From Candidatus Latescibacterota bacterium (GTDB lineage Bacteria > Krumholzibacteriota > Krumholzibacteriia > WVZY01): 64,000 nucleotides of DNA. The position numbers and the translations under genes are program-made. Below are positions 31,946-41,724 of this stretch, in pieces (the stretch's first letter is position 1; every line of letters starts with the position of its first letter). The notes beneath the pieces are model-generated. The model did not search any database. It was not told the origin of the DNA and saw only the letters and a program-made list of their open reading frames with translations. The stretch is from NCBI GenBank assembly GCA_963791045.1, contig CAWBQK010000013.1, positions 128,001 to 192,000 of the forward strand. Direction: 5' to 3'.

Positions 31946-34045
31946 CTACTTGTCGACGCTTTTGAGTTCCATCGTCAACGCCTGTGCCGGGACCTCCTGC
32001 TTGACCATAAAATGCGGGCTGTCCTTGCGCAGGTACAAGTAAGCTTCGCCATCGGGACGGTTCACCTTCACCTTGAACGTCGCGAACTTCCCGCCCGGGG
32101 TTTCGACTTCAACCTCCTCGAGGACCTCCACACTGATGGTCTGGAGTCCGCCGCTCTGGGTGTCGACCACAGGGAAACGAAACTTGGCCTCCATTTCGAG
32201 CTGCAAGACATCCAATGCGCATACTCCACCGAACCGTCCAGGAGCGTGCCCTGAACCATCTCGAAGGTCACCTCTTTTGGCTCGGGCGAATCCAGCGACT
32301 GGATTGTCCCCGAACAGTTGCATCTTGGTGAAAGCAAATCGGCGTCCATCGATTGCGGTCCCATCTGGAATTTGCGAATGTATGAAACGGGGGAAAGATC
32401 CGCCGCCCGAAAGGCCATCTTCTCATCAAGACTGACCATACCAGCCAGATTGGTCGACACTTCAAATATCTCTCTTCGCCCTCTTCTTTTCTCTCCACGC
32501 TGACCTCATATCGCCAAGCGCCATGCCCTGCACATTGAGCGCGTAGTAATTTTGACGTTGGAAAGCGCGGACGTGTCGTACTGGTAATCAGCCGGACTCA
32601 CCGCAAGCGATCTATACGAGAGGGGCTCGCCTGCGATATCGAAGAGGTCCACCGGAGCAATCACGCTGACACCTTGTCGTAGATCTCCAGCGCGTCACCA
32701 ACCAGGACAATGTTGAGCGGCCCGGGGTGAAGGTACTCGCCCATCACCCGCGAGATATCTTCGATCTCAACAGCAGCAAGTTTGTCGCGATATGTTTCCA
32801 GCTCCTCCTGACCGAGACCGAGCAGCATGTACTGCGTTACTCGGCCCGCGATCTGATCGGGCGTCTCGATCTGATTCGGAAAATTGCCGACCAGATAATC
32901 TTTGGCGTTTTTGAGATCATCCGTCGGTAACCGGCTCGGTTTTGATCCGATCGATTTCTTACATGAATTCAACAACGGCGCTATCGGTCGCCGCGGTTTT
33001 CACCGCCGCATTTGCCATAAAAGTGCCGTAGTCTTTTTCGCGGCTGAAAACGAACTGTACGCGCCATATGTCCAGCCTTGTCTTCACGGAGATTGTCGAA
33101 AAACCGCGCGTCAGATCCTCCACCAAGGATCCGATTGGCCACCGACAACGGCCGCCCAATCCGGGTCATCCGCTTTGAGCCAAGATGTCCGATGAAAATC
33201 TCGGTCTGAACCGCGCCGGGGCGGTGATAGAGATAAATCTGTGTTTCGGCGATTTTGGGCGCCGCCGTCATAGCGATCGGTCGGGTATCCCTGTCGCGAA
33301 TCACCAAAATACTTTTCGCCGGCTTTCTTGACATCCTTCGATTTCACGTCGCCGACAACACTAACGAAAACGTTGTTCGCCGCGTAGTTCTTCTCGTAGA
33401 AAGCAACAACATCTTCGCGAGTGATCGCCTCAACCGATTCGACCGAGTTACTGTTTGCCGTACGGATGGCTCCCATAGACGACGATCGGTGAAATGACTT
33501 CTCGGCCCATGGCGTTCGGCTGGGAAAGCTCGAGCTCGAGCGCCGTCTTGAGACGTTTGCGAATGACTTCCAGTTCGTCTTCCGGGAATATCGGATTCAT
33601 CATGATGTCATGAAGATACTCCCAGGCAACATCGACATACTCGCTGAGAACGGTCACGGTTATCGCCGAATACTCCGTATCGCTATAATCCGCCGGCCTG
33701 ACCGCCGACGGACTCGATCCATTCGGCGAGCTCGAGCGCCGACTTGGTTTTGGTTCCCTTGTTCAGCTGATCGCGGTAAACGCGGCAAGCGATTCCTTGC
33801 CTTTCGGATCGAGGCAGTCGCCGGTTTTTACCACAAAATAAATCGTTACAACCGGCTGCTCGCGGTGTTCAACAACGAGAAATTCCATCCCGTTTTCCAG
33901 CGTGAACTCTTTGAAATCGGGGAACCCGAGTTTTTTCATTTTTCGGGTGCCGGCGGATCCTGTTTTGCCGCGGCGCCACCGACGAGCAACTGCCAGACCG
34001 ACAGCGCAACAGGACCACGAGAATACTTTTCATATGCCATTTCAT
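31946..34045 (-). pseudogene. M16 peptidase second subunit with extra C-terminal domain; heavily frameshifted
   Basis: AGGAGG SD + MKWHMKSILVVLL; fragments TLENGM, NPIFPEDEL, YGSHPYG, NNVFVSVVGDV, NRILGGG..RFFDNLREDK, LVGDA; C-terminal VETPGGKFATFKV. Confidence 0.65.
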
Positions 34046-34104
34046 ATTCCTTTTTCCTCCTTTGATACCGATTCATTATCAGACGGATAGTCGTTCGGAA
34101 ATCA

Positions 34105-35461
34105 TCAACCTTCTTTGGAAGCGGGCATCGCAATAACAACCGTCCGGTTATTTTCAACGAGATACGTGGTTGGCGACACGGATGATGTCTTCCAGATGTC
34201 ACCGCCATGTAGATTGTCGAGATCGGTATTGATTTCGGGCAAGATCGCTTGATTGAAATACACATAGCGCTGGATCGTCTCGGCCTTGCTGAGAACCGTC
34301 TCACGCCCCATGACGAAGTCCCGGACTTGAACTGGACCTTCGCTTTTTCGAGTTCTTCGCCGCTCGAAATTCCCTCAGCCTTGACTTTGTCGATTTCCTC
34401 CATCATCAGCTGACTCGCATGTACCGATTTCCACGCCCACATTCGCCGCGCTGATGAACCTGAAAAGGCCGGGGCCTTTTCGACATCCACACCACCAAAG
34501 ACGACAACGGCCGCCTCTTCTTCTTTCACGAGCCGCCTGTGCATCCTGCTCGCTTCGCCGTCGGTGAGGATCGTGCCAAGAAGCTCCAGCGCCGGCATGT
34601 CCTCGTGGACGACTATTCGGGAGATATAGGCCACGAAAACCGCCGGGACGTTGGCGTTCTGGTCATCGATCATTTTCCGGCGTTCTCCATCGTGCGGCGG
34701 TTCGACGCCCTGAGCGCACAACATCCGCGCCTCGCGGAATATCACCGAAGTACTCTTCTACCATCTTCATCGTTTTCTTGTAGTCGATGTCACCGACAAC
34801 AACCAGAACCGCATTGTTCGGGACTGTAATAGTTGTCGAAAAACGCCTGGACGTCGCGGACTTCCGCCGCGTCGAGATCCACCATTTTGCCGATGACGGT
34901 GTGACTGTAAGGTTCAAAATTATAACGAAAGCGTATCCGATGTCAGAAAGGCAGCGCCGTAAGGCTGGTTATCAACACGTTGTTTGCGCTCTTCTTCTTG
35001 ACAACGTCTCGCTGATTTTCGAAATTCTCCATGGTAATCGCCAACGAACGCATGCGGTCGGCTTCGAGCCACAGCGCGAGGTTCAATCGGTTTGCCGGCA
35101 TCACCTCGTAATAGTTGGTTCGGTCTTCGTGTCGTCGAACCGTTGTTGTTTCCACCCGCCCGTCTGCACGAAATTCGAGTGCTCTCTCTTGTCAACATTT
35201 TCGGACCCCTGGAACATCATGTGTTCGAAGAGATGGGCAAAACCACTCCTCCCTATCTCTTCATAACCACTCCCACGTGATACCACACATCCACCGCCAC
35301 GATCGGCACGGATTTATCTTCGCCAGGATGACGCTGAAGGCCGTTATCCAGCTCGTATTCCTTGTATTTGATATTATCCGGCCTTTTTACCGGCGTATGG
35401 CGACAAGGGCGAGGGACATCACGACGGCGGCAAACACCATAAATGCGACTGCTCTTTTCAT
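34105..35461 (-). pseudogene. M16 (pitrilysin-like) zinc peptidase; heavily frameshifted
   Basis: Signal peptide; HXXEH in GFAHLFEHMMFQGS; DRTNYYE, LWLEADRM, PNNAVLVVVGD, GEASRMHRRLV. Confidence 0.75.
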
Positions 35462-35743
35462 GAAACCTCCTCGGAACGAAAACGACCTTGGATTAAAATA
35501 GATGTGAACTCGTGCGCGCCACGCGGACCGCGGGCAATTTCCGCGGTTACCGGCTGAACTCGCCACGAGCACCGTCCGGAGACCAACCAATAGACTTAAC
35601 TACGAAGACACGGAAGATATGTTGTCGAAGTCCCGAAAATCATTGCAAAACTTAATGTTCCTGTCAAGAGTGAACGCCGTGAACGCCTCCCTGAGGGCCA
35701 CGAGAAGAGGCGTGACGGTCACACCCGGCAGAGGGCAAACCAC

Positions 35744-35772
35744 TTGAACAATATGGGTTTTTGATCTAATTT
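35744..35772 (+). promoter_or_regulatory. Sigma70-type promoter giving a probable leaderless mRNA
   Basis: TTGAAC-N17-TAATTT, 7 nt before ATG 35780; no SD. Confidence 0.45.
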
Positions 35773-35779
35773 CGTTTCT

Positions 35780-37220
35780 ATGATCAGCCGCCATGTGACC
35801 TTCTATTTCGAGGGCCGTCCCCACAGGGGAGTCGAGGGTGAACCCATTGCCAAAGCGTTATTTGCGGCTGGGATCCGCACCCTTTCCTACAGCGTGAAAT
35901 ACAAACGGCCGAGAAGCATCCACTGCGCCAGGGGCCGATGCTCGACCTGCCACATGTCAGTCGACGGAGTTCCCGGCGTTCCAACATGCATTACGCCCCT
36001 CAGAGAAGGAATGCGAGTGGAGCGAGAGCAGTATCAACCTCTCGTGTCGCCGGTGTTAACCACCTTCGCGCGGTTGGTCGAATTCCCCGCCGGTTTTTAT
36101 TACCGGATGTTCACAAAACCCGCGCCCATCCGAAAAATGTTTCTGGGCACACTCCGGAAAATGGCGGGGATCGGCAGAATCGATCCCGACCCGACTTACC
36201 GGTCCAATAAATCTCCCGGAGAAGCGGTGATCATCCGGGCTGCGCGACAGGTATGATGTTACCGTCGTCGGCGCGGGCCTGTCGGGAATGGCCGCCGCGT
36301 TGTTGTCGGCCGAACGCGGAGCCGTCGTTCTTCTCATCGATGAATACGGCCATTTCGGCGGCCACAGTTTTGGATATCAACCTGACGATGATTTGTCCAC
36401 CGCGCGCGACGATCTCACAAAACGTATCGCATCTCACCCGGCAATCGACTATCGACCGCTTACAACCGCGCTGGGTTTCTACCCGCCCGACACACTGCTG
36501 TTGGGCCCTGGCGGATCAACGGGATTCGAACCGTACGGAGGCGAACGAGGTCACACGGCGAATACTCCACCACCACCGGGGATGTACAGGATCACGTCGC
36601 CGACATTCGTTTTCGCCACCGGGACAAACGATTCGATACCGCTTTTTGAAAACAATGACACGCCCGGGATCTTTGGGGGCCGCGCTGTACGGCTTCTCCT
36701 TGAACGGGACGATATTCGGCCCGGGAGGCGCGCCGTTGTCTTTGGATCGGGGCCGGAACTGCGTACCAACGCCCAACTACTTCTCCATCACGATATAAAA
36801 ATCGTCGCGCTAGTCGATCCGACCGACCGGACGGCCACCGATTCGAAACAGCGACGCGTGCTCGACAAAGTCCGGACCATCGCGAGCGCAAGAATCCATT
36901 CGGCCAGGGGCGGGGACTGGCTCAGGTCGATCGACATTGTTCCCCGGACGGGAACAGAGAGAAAAACGAGGCTCTCCTGCGACATGCTTTGTGTTGCGCT
37001 TCCCGGACAGCCCGCATACGAACTACCTTACCAGGCGAACTTCCACTACGCTCTTTCGAGCGCGGAGATCGAAGAAGAGAGAATGATGATTCCGACCTCC
37101 ACGCGGATCGAGAGTAGTGGCGGAGAATCGCCGCGGTTCATCGTAGTGGGAGGAGCCGCCGGCATAAACGGCTGGCAGGAGAAAATTGATAACGGGAGAA
37201 ATGCGGCAGCCTGGATTTAG
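35780..37220 (+). CDS. [2Fe-2S] + FAD oxidoreductase alpha subunit (proline dehydrogenase/sarcosine oxidase-like); one frameshift at 36231-36256
   Basis: RPRSIHCARGRCSTC..C Fe-S motif, AGFYYRMF; second frame gives YDVTVVGAGLSGM, ATG..F.NND.PG. Confidence 0.75.
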
Positions 37221-37247
37221 GCTCGATCCACCACCCGAAGGGATGCA

Positions 37248-37568
37248 ATGGGTAAGACGATTCTATGCCACTGCGAAGACGTCGATGTCGAGGAAGTCCA
37301 TTCCGCCATCGCACAAGGCTTTGGCGATCTGGAAACACTGCGGCGATACACGGGTATCGGAACCGGAAAATGCCAGGGCAAGTGTTGTATCGTACAAACT
37401 CTTCGTGTCCTTGCCTCGATCGCCGAAGAGCGGAGCGGCGGAGAGCAAAAAAACGGCAAGAAGGGTCTCACCGGCGATCCCGGCTGTTTGCATCTGCCCA
37501 CGGTACGCCCGCCCATCTTACCCATGCGAGTAGATGACATCATCGAAGCCAGGAAGGAAAACGAGTGA
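37248..37568 (+). CDS. BFD-like [2Fe-2S] small subunit
   Basis: CHCEDV..LRRYTGIGTGKCQGKCC..TVRPP. Confidence 0.85.
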   Translation: MGKTILCHCEDVDVEEVHSAIAQGFGDLETLRRYTGIGTGKCQGKCCIVQTLRVLASIAEERSGGEQKNGKKGLTGDPGCLHLPTVRPPILPMRVDDIIEARKENE

Positions 37569-38710
37569 CCACGACGGCCGATATCGTAATCATCGGCGGC
37601 GGCGTAAACGGCCTTGCGTGTGCCTACAATCTCGCCAAAGCCGGGATGAAAAAAATCGTCGTCCTCGAAAAGGGATATCTCGGAGTCGGAGCCACGGGGC
37701 GATGCGGAGCCGGTGTGCGGCAGCAATGGGGCATGGAAGAAAACATAATCCTCGCTCGTGAATCCGTGAAGATATTTGAAACGCTCCCCCAGGAACTCGA
37801 TTTCAACGTGTTCTTCCGTCAGGGCGGGTACCTGGTAATGATCTATGATGAGAACGAATACGATCTCGTCACCCGTTCGATACCCATTCAAAACAAGCTC
37901 GATGTTCCATCGAAACTCCTCGACAAAAAAGAAATCGCCGAACTGGTGCCGGGGATCAATCTCGATGGGGTCCTCGGCGCCGCTTACTGCCCAACCGACG
38001 GGGTTTGTTACCCATATGCGGTTCTTTGGGGGTACGGCGAAGCGGCGAGACGGCTGGGCGTCGACATCCGCACACACACCGAGGTAACCGGGGTCGACAT
38101 CCTTGTCGGACAAAGCTACTCGGTAAAGACAACCGACGGAACCTACAATGCCCCGCTGATCTTGAACGTGGCGGGGGCCAGAACCAGGGACATCGCGGCG
38201 CTGCTCGGGATCGATATCCCCACAGAACCCCACAGGCATGAAATCGCGGTCACCGACGCGCTCAAACCTTTTCTCGACCCCGTCGTCATTTCACCAAAGA
38301 AGGGCTTCTACTTTTCGCAGAGTCTTCGGGGAGAAATCGTGGGAGGAATCGGCGACGAAAACGAACCATCATCGTACTCAACGAAGTCCTCGATTGATTT
38401 TCTCTTTAGATACGCTTCCGCGTTGAGGGAAGTATTTCCCGCCCTCGGCAAGGTGAGGATCATCCGGCAGTGGGCGGGGTTGTACGACATGTCCCCCGAC
38501 GCGCGACCAATACTGGGAACGGTGGATGGTTTTGATGGGTATTTCCATGCGTGCGGTTTTAGCGGGCATGGATTTATGCTGAGCCCTATAACGGCAAAAC
38601 TTCTCACGGAACTCATAACGACAGGGTCGACATCGATCCCGATTGACACGCTCGACCTCAAACGGTTCGCCGCGGGACCGCTCACCAGGGACCCCTACGT
38701 CGTCGGCTGA
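37565..38710 (+). CDS. FAD-dependent oxidoreductase beta subunit (proline dehydrogenase/SoxB-like)
   Basis: GGGVNG, GATGRCGAGVRQQW, RQWAGLYDMSPD..PILG, GFSGHGFM. Confidence 0.88.
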   Translation: MTTTADIVIIGGGVNGLACAYNLAKAGMKKIVVLEKGYLGVGATGRCGAGVRQQWGMEENIILARESVKIFETLPQELDFNVFFRQGGYLVMIYDENEYDLVTRSIPIQNKLDVPSKLLDKKEIAELVPGINLDGVLGAAYCPTDGVCYPYAVLWGYGEAARRLGVDIRTHTEVTGVDILVGQSYSVKTTDGTYNAPLILNVAGARTRDIAALLGIDIPTEPHRHEIAVTDALKPFLDPVVISPKKGFYFSQSLRGEIVGGIGDENEPSSYSTKSSIDFLFRYASALREVFPALGKVRIIRQWAGLYDMSPDARPILGTVDGFDGYFHACGFSGHGFMLSPITAKLLTELITTGSTSIPIDTLDLKRFAAGPLTRDPYVVG

Positions 38711-38856
38711 CGGTGCCCCACGCAATGCTTCTCAACTCTTTAAAAACGCAAGAAATACAGGGTTGACCCAGGCCGGTATTTTTATCATGATTGGACGAAT
38801 CAAAAGCCTTCATTTTCTTTGTTAATTCCAAGACAAACACATAAAAGGAGGTACTC

Positions 38857-39669
38857 GTGGAAAACGTGTACAACGAAATGGTGTCTTTCGCGACGACCTA
38901 CGGTCTGAAGGTGATCGGCGCGATAGTCATCTTGCTCCTCGGCCGATTCGCCGCGGGGTTTTGCCGCAAGGCACTCAAAAAGGTCCTTACCACCAAGAAT
39001 GTCGACCCCGCCGTCGTATCATTTGCCAGCAGCCTGACTTATTTCCTCGTGCTTACGATCGCCGTGATCGCGTCGCTCTCAAAATTCGGTGTTGAAACAA
39101 CATCTTTTGTCGCGATAATCGGCGCAGCCGGTTTTGCCGTCGGGTTTGCGCTACAGGGATCGCTTGCGAACTTCGCCGCGGGGGTATTGATTCTCGTTCT
39201 TCGCCCGTACCGGGTGGGTGACTACATCGAGGCGGCGGGTGTCGCCGGAGCCGTCAAGGAGGTCCAGCTTTTCACGACGGTACTCGCCACTCCGGACAAC
39301 ATTCGGATTCTTGTCCCCAACGGCAAGGTCTTCGGCGAGGTCATCAAAAACTACTCGGCGAATTCGACCCGCCGCATCGATCTCGTCGTGGGCATCGGGT
39401 ACGGCTCGTCTATTGAAAAGACCTATGAAGTCATCAAAGACATTCTCAATAGCGAAAGCCGGATCCTGAAGGATCCCGAGTACACGATTGCCGTCGCCGA
39501 ACTCGCCGATTCGAGCGTCAATTTTGTGGTTCGTCCGTGGGTCAACAAAGATGATTACTGGCCGACACGGTTTGATCTGACCGAGAAGATCAAACTGCGT
39601 CTCGACGATGCCAATATCGAAATTCCTTTCCCGCAGCGCACGGTCCACATGGTAAACACTGGCTCGTAG
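38857..39669 (+). CDS. mscS: Small-conductance mechanosensitive channel
   Basis: GAAGFAVGFALQGSLANFAAG, RPYRVGD, IPFPQR; AAGGAGG SD. Confidence 0.95.
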   Translation: MENVYNEMVSFATTYGLKVIGAIVILLLGRFAAGFCRKALKKVLTTKNVDPAVVSFASSLTYFLVLTIAVIASLSKFGVETTSFVAIIGAAGFAVGFALQGSLANFAAGVLILVLRPYRVGDYIEAAGVAGAVKEVQLFTTVLATPDNIRILVPNGKVFGEVIKNYSANSTRRIDLVVGIGYGSSIEKTYEVIKDILNSESRILKDPEYTIAVAELADSSVNFVVRPWVNKDDYWPTRFDLTEKIKLRLDDANIEIPFPQRTVHMVNTGS

Positions 39670-39697
39670 GCCAAAACAACGCGTTTTCGCAGAATCC

Positions 39698-39735
39698 AAA
39701 AAAACCGGAGGCCTCAAGGCGCCTTCGGTTTTTTT
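39698..39735. terminator. Bidirectional rho-independent terminator between mscS and arsC
   Basis: A7-CCGGAGGC-loop-GCCTTCGG-T7. Confidence 0.85.
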
Positions 39736-39776
39736 CTGCCCGGGAGAACAAACGCGGCCCGTTCGAGACCGCACCT

Positions 39777-40208
39777 TCAATCTGATTTTGCCTGCCAGAT
39801 CTGCCGAAGTAAGTCTTCAACCTTGCCTTCGATGATATCGCGTGCACGCCTGAACCTGTCACGATTCTCCGAAAGCGGATCACTTATGTTCCAGGTGATC
39901 ACTTCGCCGGTCAACGCCGCGGGGAACACGTCATGGTTGGGATACCCGGATATGTTGACGATGTAATCCATCTCCCCAATCGGAACGTCGCTTAAGCCTT
40001 TTGAATGCTGGCCGCGGATATCGATTCCCTTCTCCTGCATGACCGCTATGGCCTGGGGATCGACGAGACCGGAGTGAGCAACCCCGGCGCTAAAAACGGA
40101 CAGAAAGGCGCTCCCGCTATCTCTGGCGAATCCCTCTGCCATCTGGGAACGGATCTGGTTGCCGATGCAGACGAATAGAACTTTTGTTTTTGAATTGTCG
40201 TTGGTCAT
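39777..40208 (-). CDS. arsC: ArsC/LMW-PTP fold protein with a single Cys
   Basis: VLFVCIGNQIRSQMAEG (CX5R), SAG, GIDI..QHSK, W.ISDP. Confidence 0.75.
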   Translation of the reverse strand: MTNDNSKTKVLFVCIGNQIRSQMAEGFARDSGSAFLSVFSAGVAHSGLVDPQAIAVMQEKGIDIRGQHSKGLSDVPIGEMDYIVNISGYPNHDVFPAALTGEVITWNISDPLSENRDRFRRARDIIEGKVEDLLRQIWQAKSD

Positions 40209-40252
40209 TGTTGTTTTGTCTCCGATGTTGCCGTCTGGCCCGGTACGGGTGC

Positions 40253-41026
40253 CTACTTTTCGCCACGATAAATGTAAGCGACGCCGGCGGCAAGTTTTTT
40301 TGCGAGAAGCGAATCGAGCCCGCCCCTTGCCATCAGTTCGAGCACGCGATCGCGCGGCAAAAACCCGTCGACCGAAGTCGCAAGATACTTGTATGCGACG
40401 TCCGAACCGGAGATGAAGCCGCCGATCGCCGGGATCACTTTCTTGAGATAAAAATTATACCCTTTGAGATAGAGACTCCGTGTCGGCGGGGCGAACTCGA
40501 GGATCACGAGTTTGCCACCAGGTTTGAGAACCCGCACCAGTTCGGCCATTCCCTTTGCGTAGTTGGAAAGATTTCTCACGCCAAACGAGATGGCAACAGC
40601 GTCGAAGGTGTCATCTTCAAACGGCAGGTCGAGGACATCGGCCTCCGTGAACCGCACCTTTCCATCAAGTCTCTTTTTTTCCGCCTTGGCGCTTGCCACA
40701 TCGAGCATACCCGTCGACAGATCTACGCCGACGACACTCGATACACGCCGCGAGCCGGCAAAAACCATCGCGACATCGCCCGTTCCCGTACACGCATCGA
40801 GAACCGTTGCGCCTTCGGGGATCTCGGAAAGCGTCAAAAGATCTTTTCTCCACGACCGGTCGATATTCAAGCTGAAGAAATGATTCAAAAAGTCGTATTG
40901 GCCCGCAATCAACGAAAACATCGCGGGGGTTTCCGATTTGCGCATGGTGTCCATTCTTCGATCCGGCCTTTTTTGGATTGATTCGCTATTTTCGGGATCC
41001 GTCAATGAATCCGAGTTCTTTCTCAT
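40253..41026 (-). CDS. ubiE: UbiE/MenG-like methyltransferase
   Basis: MF..IA..YDFLNHFFSL.IDR.WR, LDACTGTGD, FGVRN, RVLKPGG, YKYL..SV; ATG 41026 overlaps the upstream TGA. Confidence 0.85.
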   Translation of the reverse strand: MRKNSDSLTDPENSESIQKRPDRRMDTMRKSETPAMFSLIAGQYDFLNHFFSLNIDRSWRKDLLTLSEIPEGATVLDACTGTGDVAMVFAGSRRVSSVVGVDLSTGMLDVASAKAEKKRLDGKVRFTEADVLDLPFEDDTFDAVAISFGVRNLSNYAKGMAELVRVLKPGGKLVILEFAPPTRSLYLKGYNFYLKKVIPAIGGFISGSDVAYKYLATSVDGFLPRDRVLELMARGGLDSLLAKKLAAGVAYIYRGEK

Positions 41027-41724
41027 CGTGACCTGGATTTCAAGTAGCGGGGATACAAACGGAATATCGTTCCTATTATCTTCGCTCCCGCCAGAATCGT
41101 TCCCTTCACCGTCCCCGATATCTTCGATTTGCCGATGCGAGGCCGGTACCTCACCGGAACCTCGAGGATACGAAGCCCGTACTCGATGGCCTTGACCTGC
41201 ATCTCGGCATTCCAACCAAAATTCTTGTCGCGCATCGATAGTCGTTCGAGACTCTCGCGTCGGATGGCTCTGAATGGGCCCATATCGGTGAACCGAACAC
41301 CGTACATGACGCGTATCAACGTACAGGCCAGCGCGTTGCCAAATCGTTGGTTCCACTGGAGCGATCCCTTTTGGGCCTCGCCCGTGACACGAGACCCTAT
41401 CACAAAATCAGCTTCGTTGCGAAGGATTGGATCGAGAAGAAACGGCAGGTCTTCGGGGTAATCGGAATGGTCACCGTCAAGGATTACGACGATCCCCGCG
41501 GAGTCGGCCATTGCCGCGATCCCCGCGAGACACGCGGCGCCGTACCCTTTCTTCGGCTCACTCACAACCCGCGCGCCGTACCGCCGTGCCGCTTCCACGG
41601 TTCCGTCGGTCGATCCGTTGTCCACGACAATGACTTCCGTGACATGGTCCCCCGGGATTTCATCAATCACCAGACCGATCGATTTCTCTTCGTTGAAAGC
41701 GGGGATGATTACGCTTGCTTTCAT
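41023..41724 (-). CDS. GT2 glycosyltransferase (polyprenol-phosphate glycosyltransferase-like)
   Basis: IIPAFNEE, VVDNGSTD, GYGAAC, DGDHSD, FTDMGPFRAI, VPV.YR.R.GKSKISG. Confidence 0.88.
   Translation of the reverse strand: MKASVIIPAFNEEKSIGLVIDEIPGDHVTEVIVVDNGSTDGTVEAARRYGARVVSEPKKGYGAACLAGIAAMADSAGIVVILDGDHSDYPEDLPFLLDPILRNEADFVIGSRVTGEAQKGSLQWNQRFGNALACTLIRVMYGVRFTDMGPFRAIRRESLERLSMRDKNFGWNAEMQVKAIEYGLRILEVPVRYRPRIGKSKISGTVKGTILAGAKIIGTIFRLYPRYLKSRSR

Noticed and set aside
35717-35760. c-di-GMP-I riboswitch look-alike (GGTCAC..AGGGCAAACCA..TGGG)
   Set aside because: It lacks the downstream GCAAAG and second stem, and the same bases are explained as a promoter
36231-36256. Programmed frameshift in the flavoenzyme alpha subunit
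   Set aside because: No slippery heptamer, and the window has many sporadic indels
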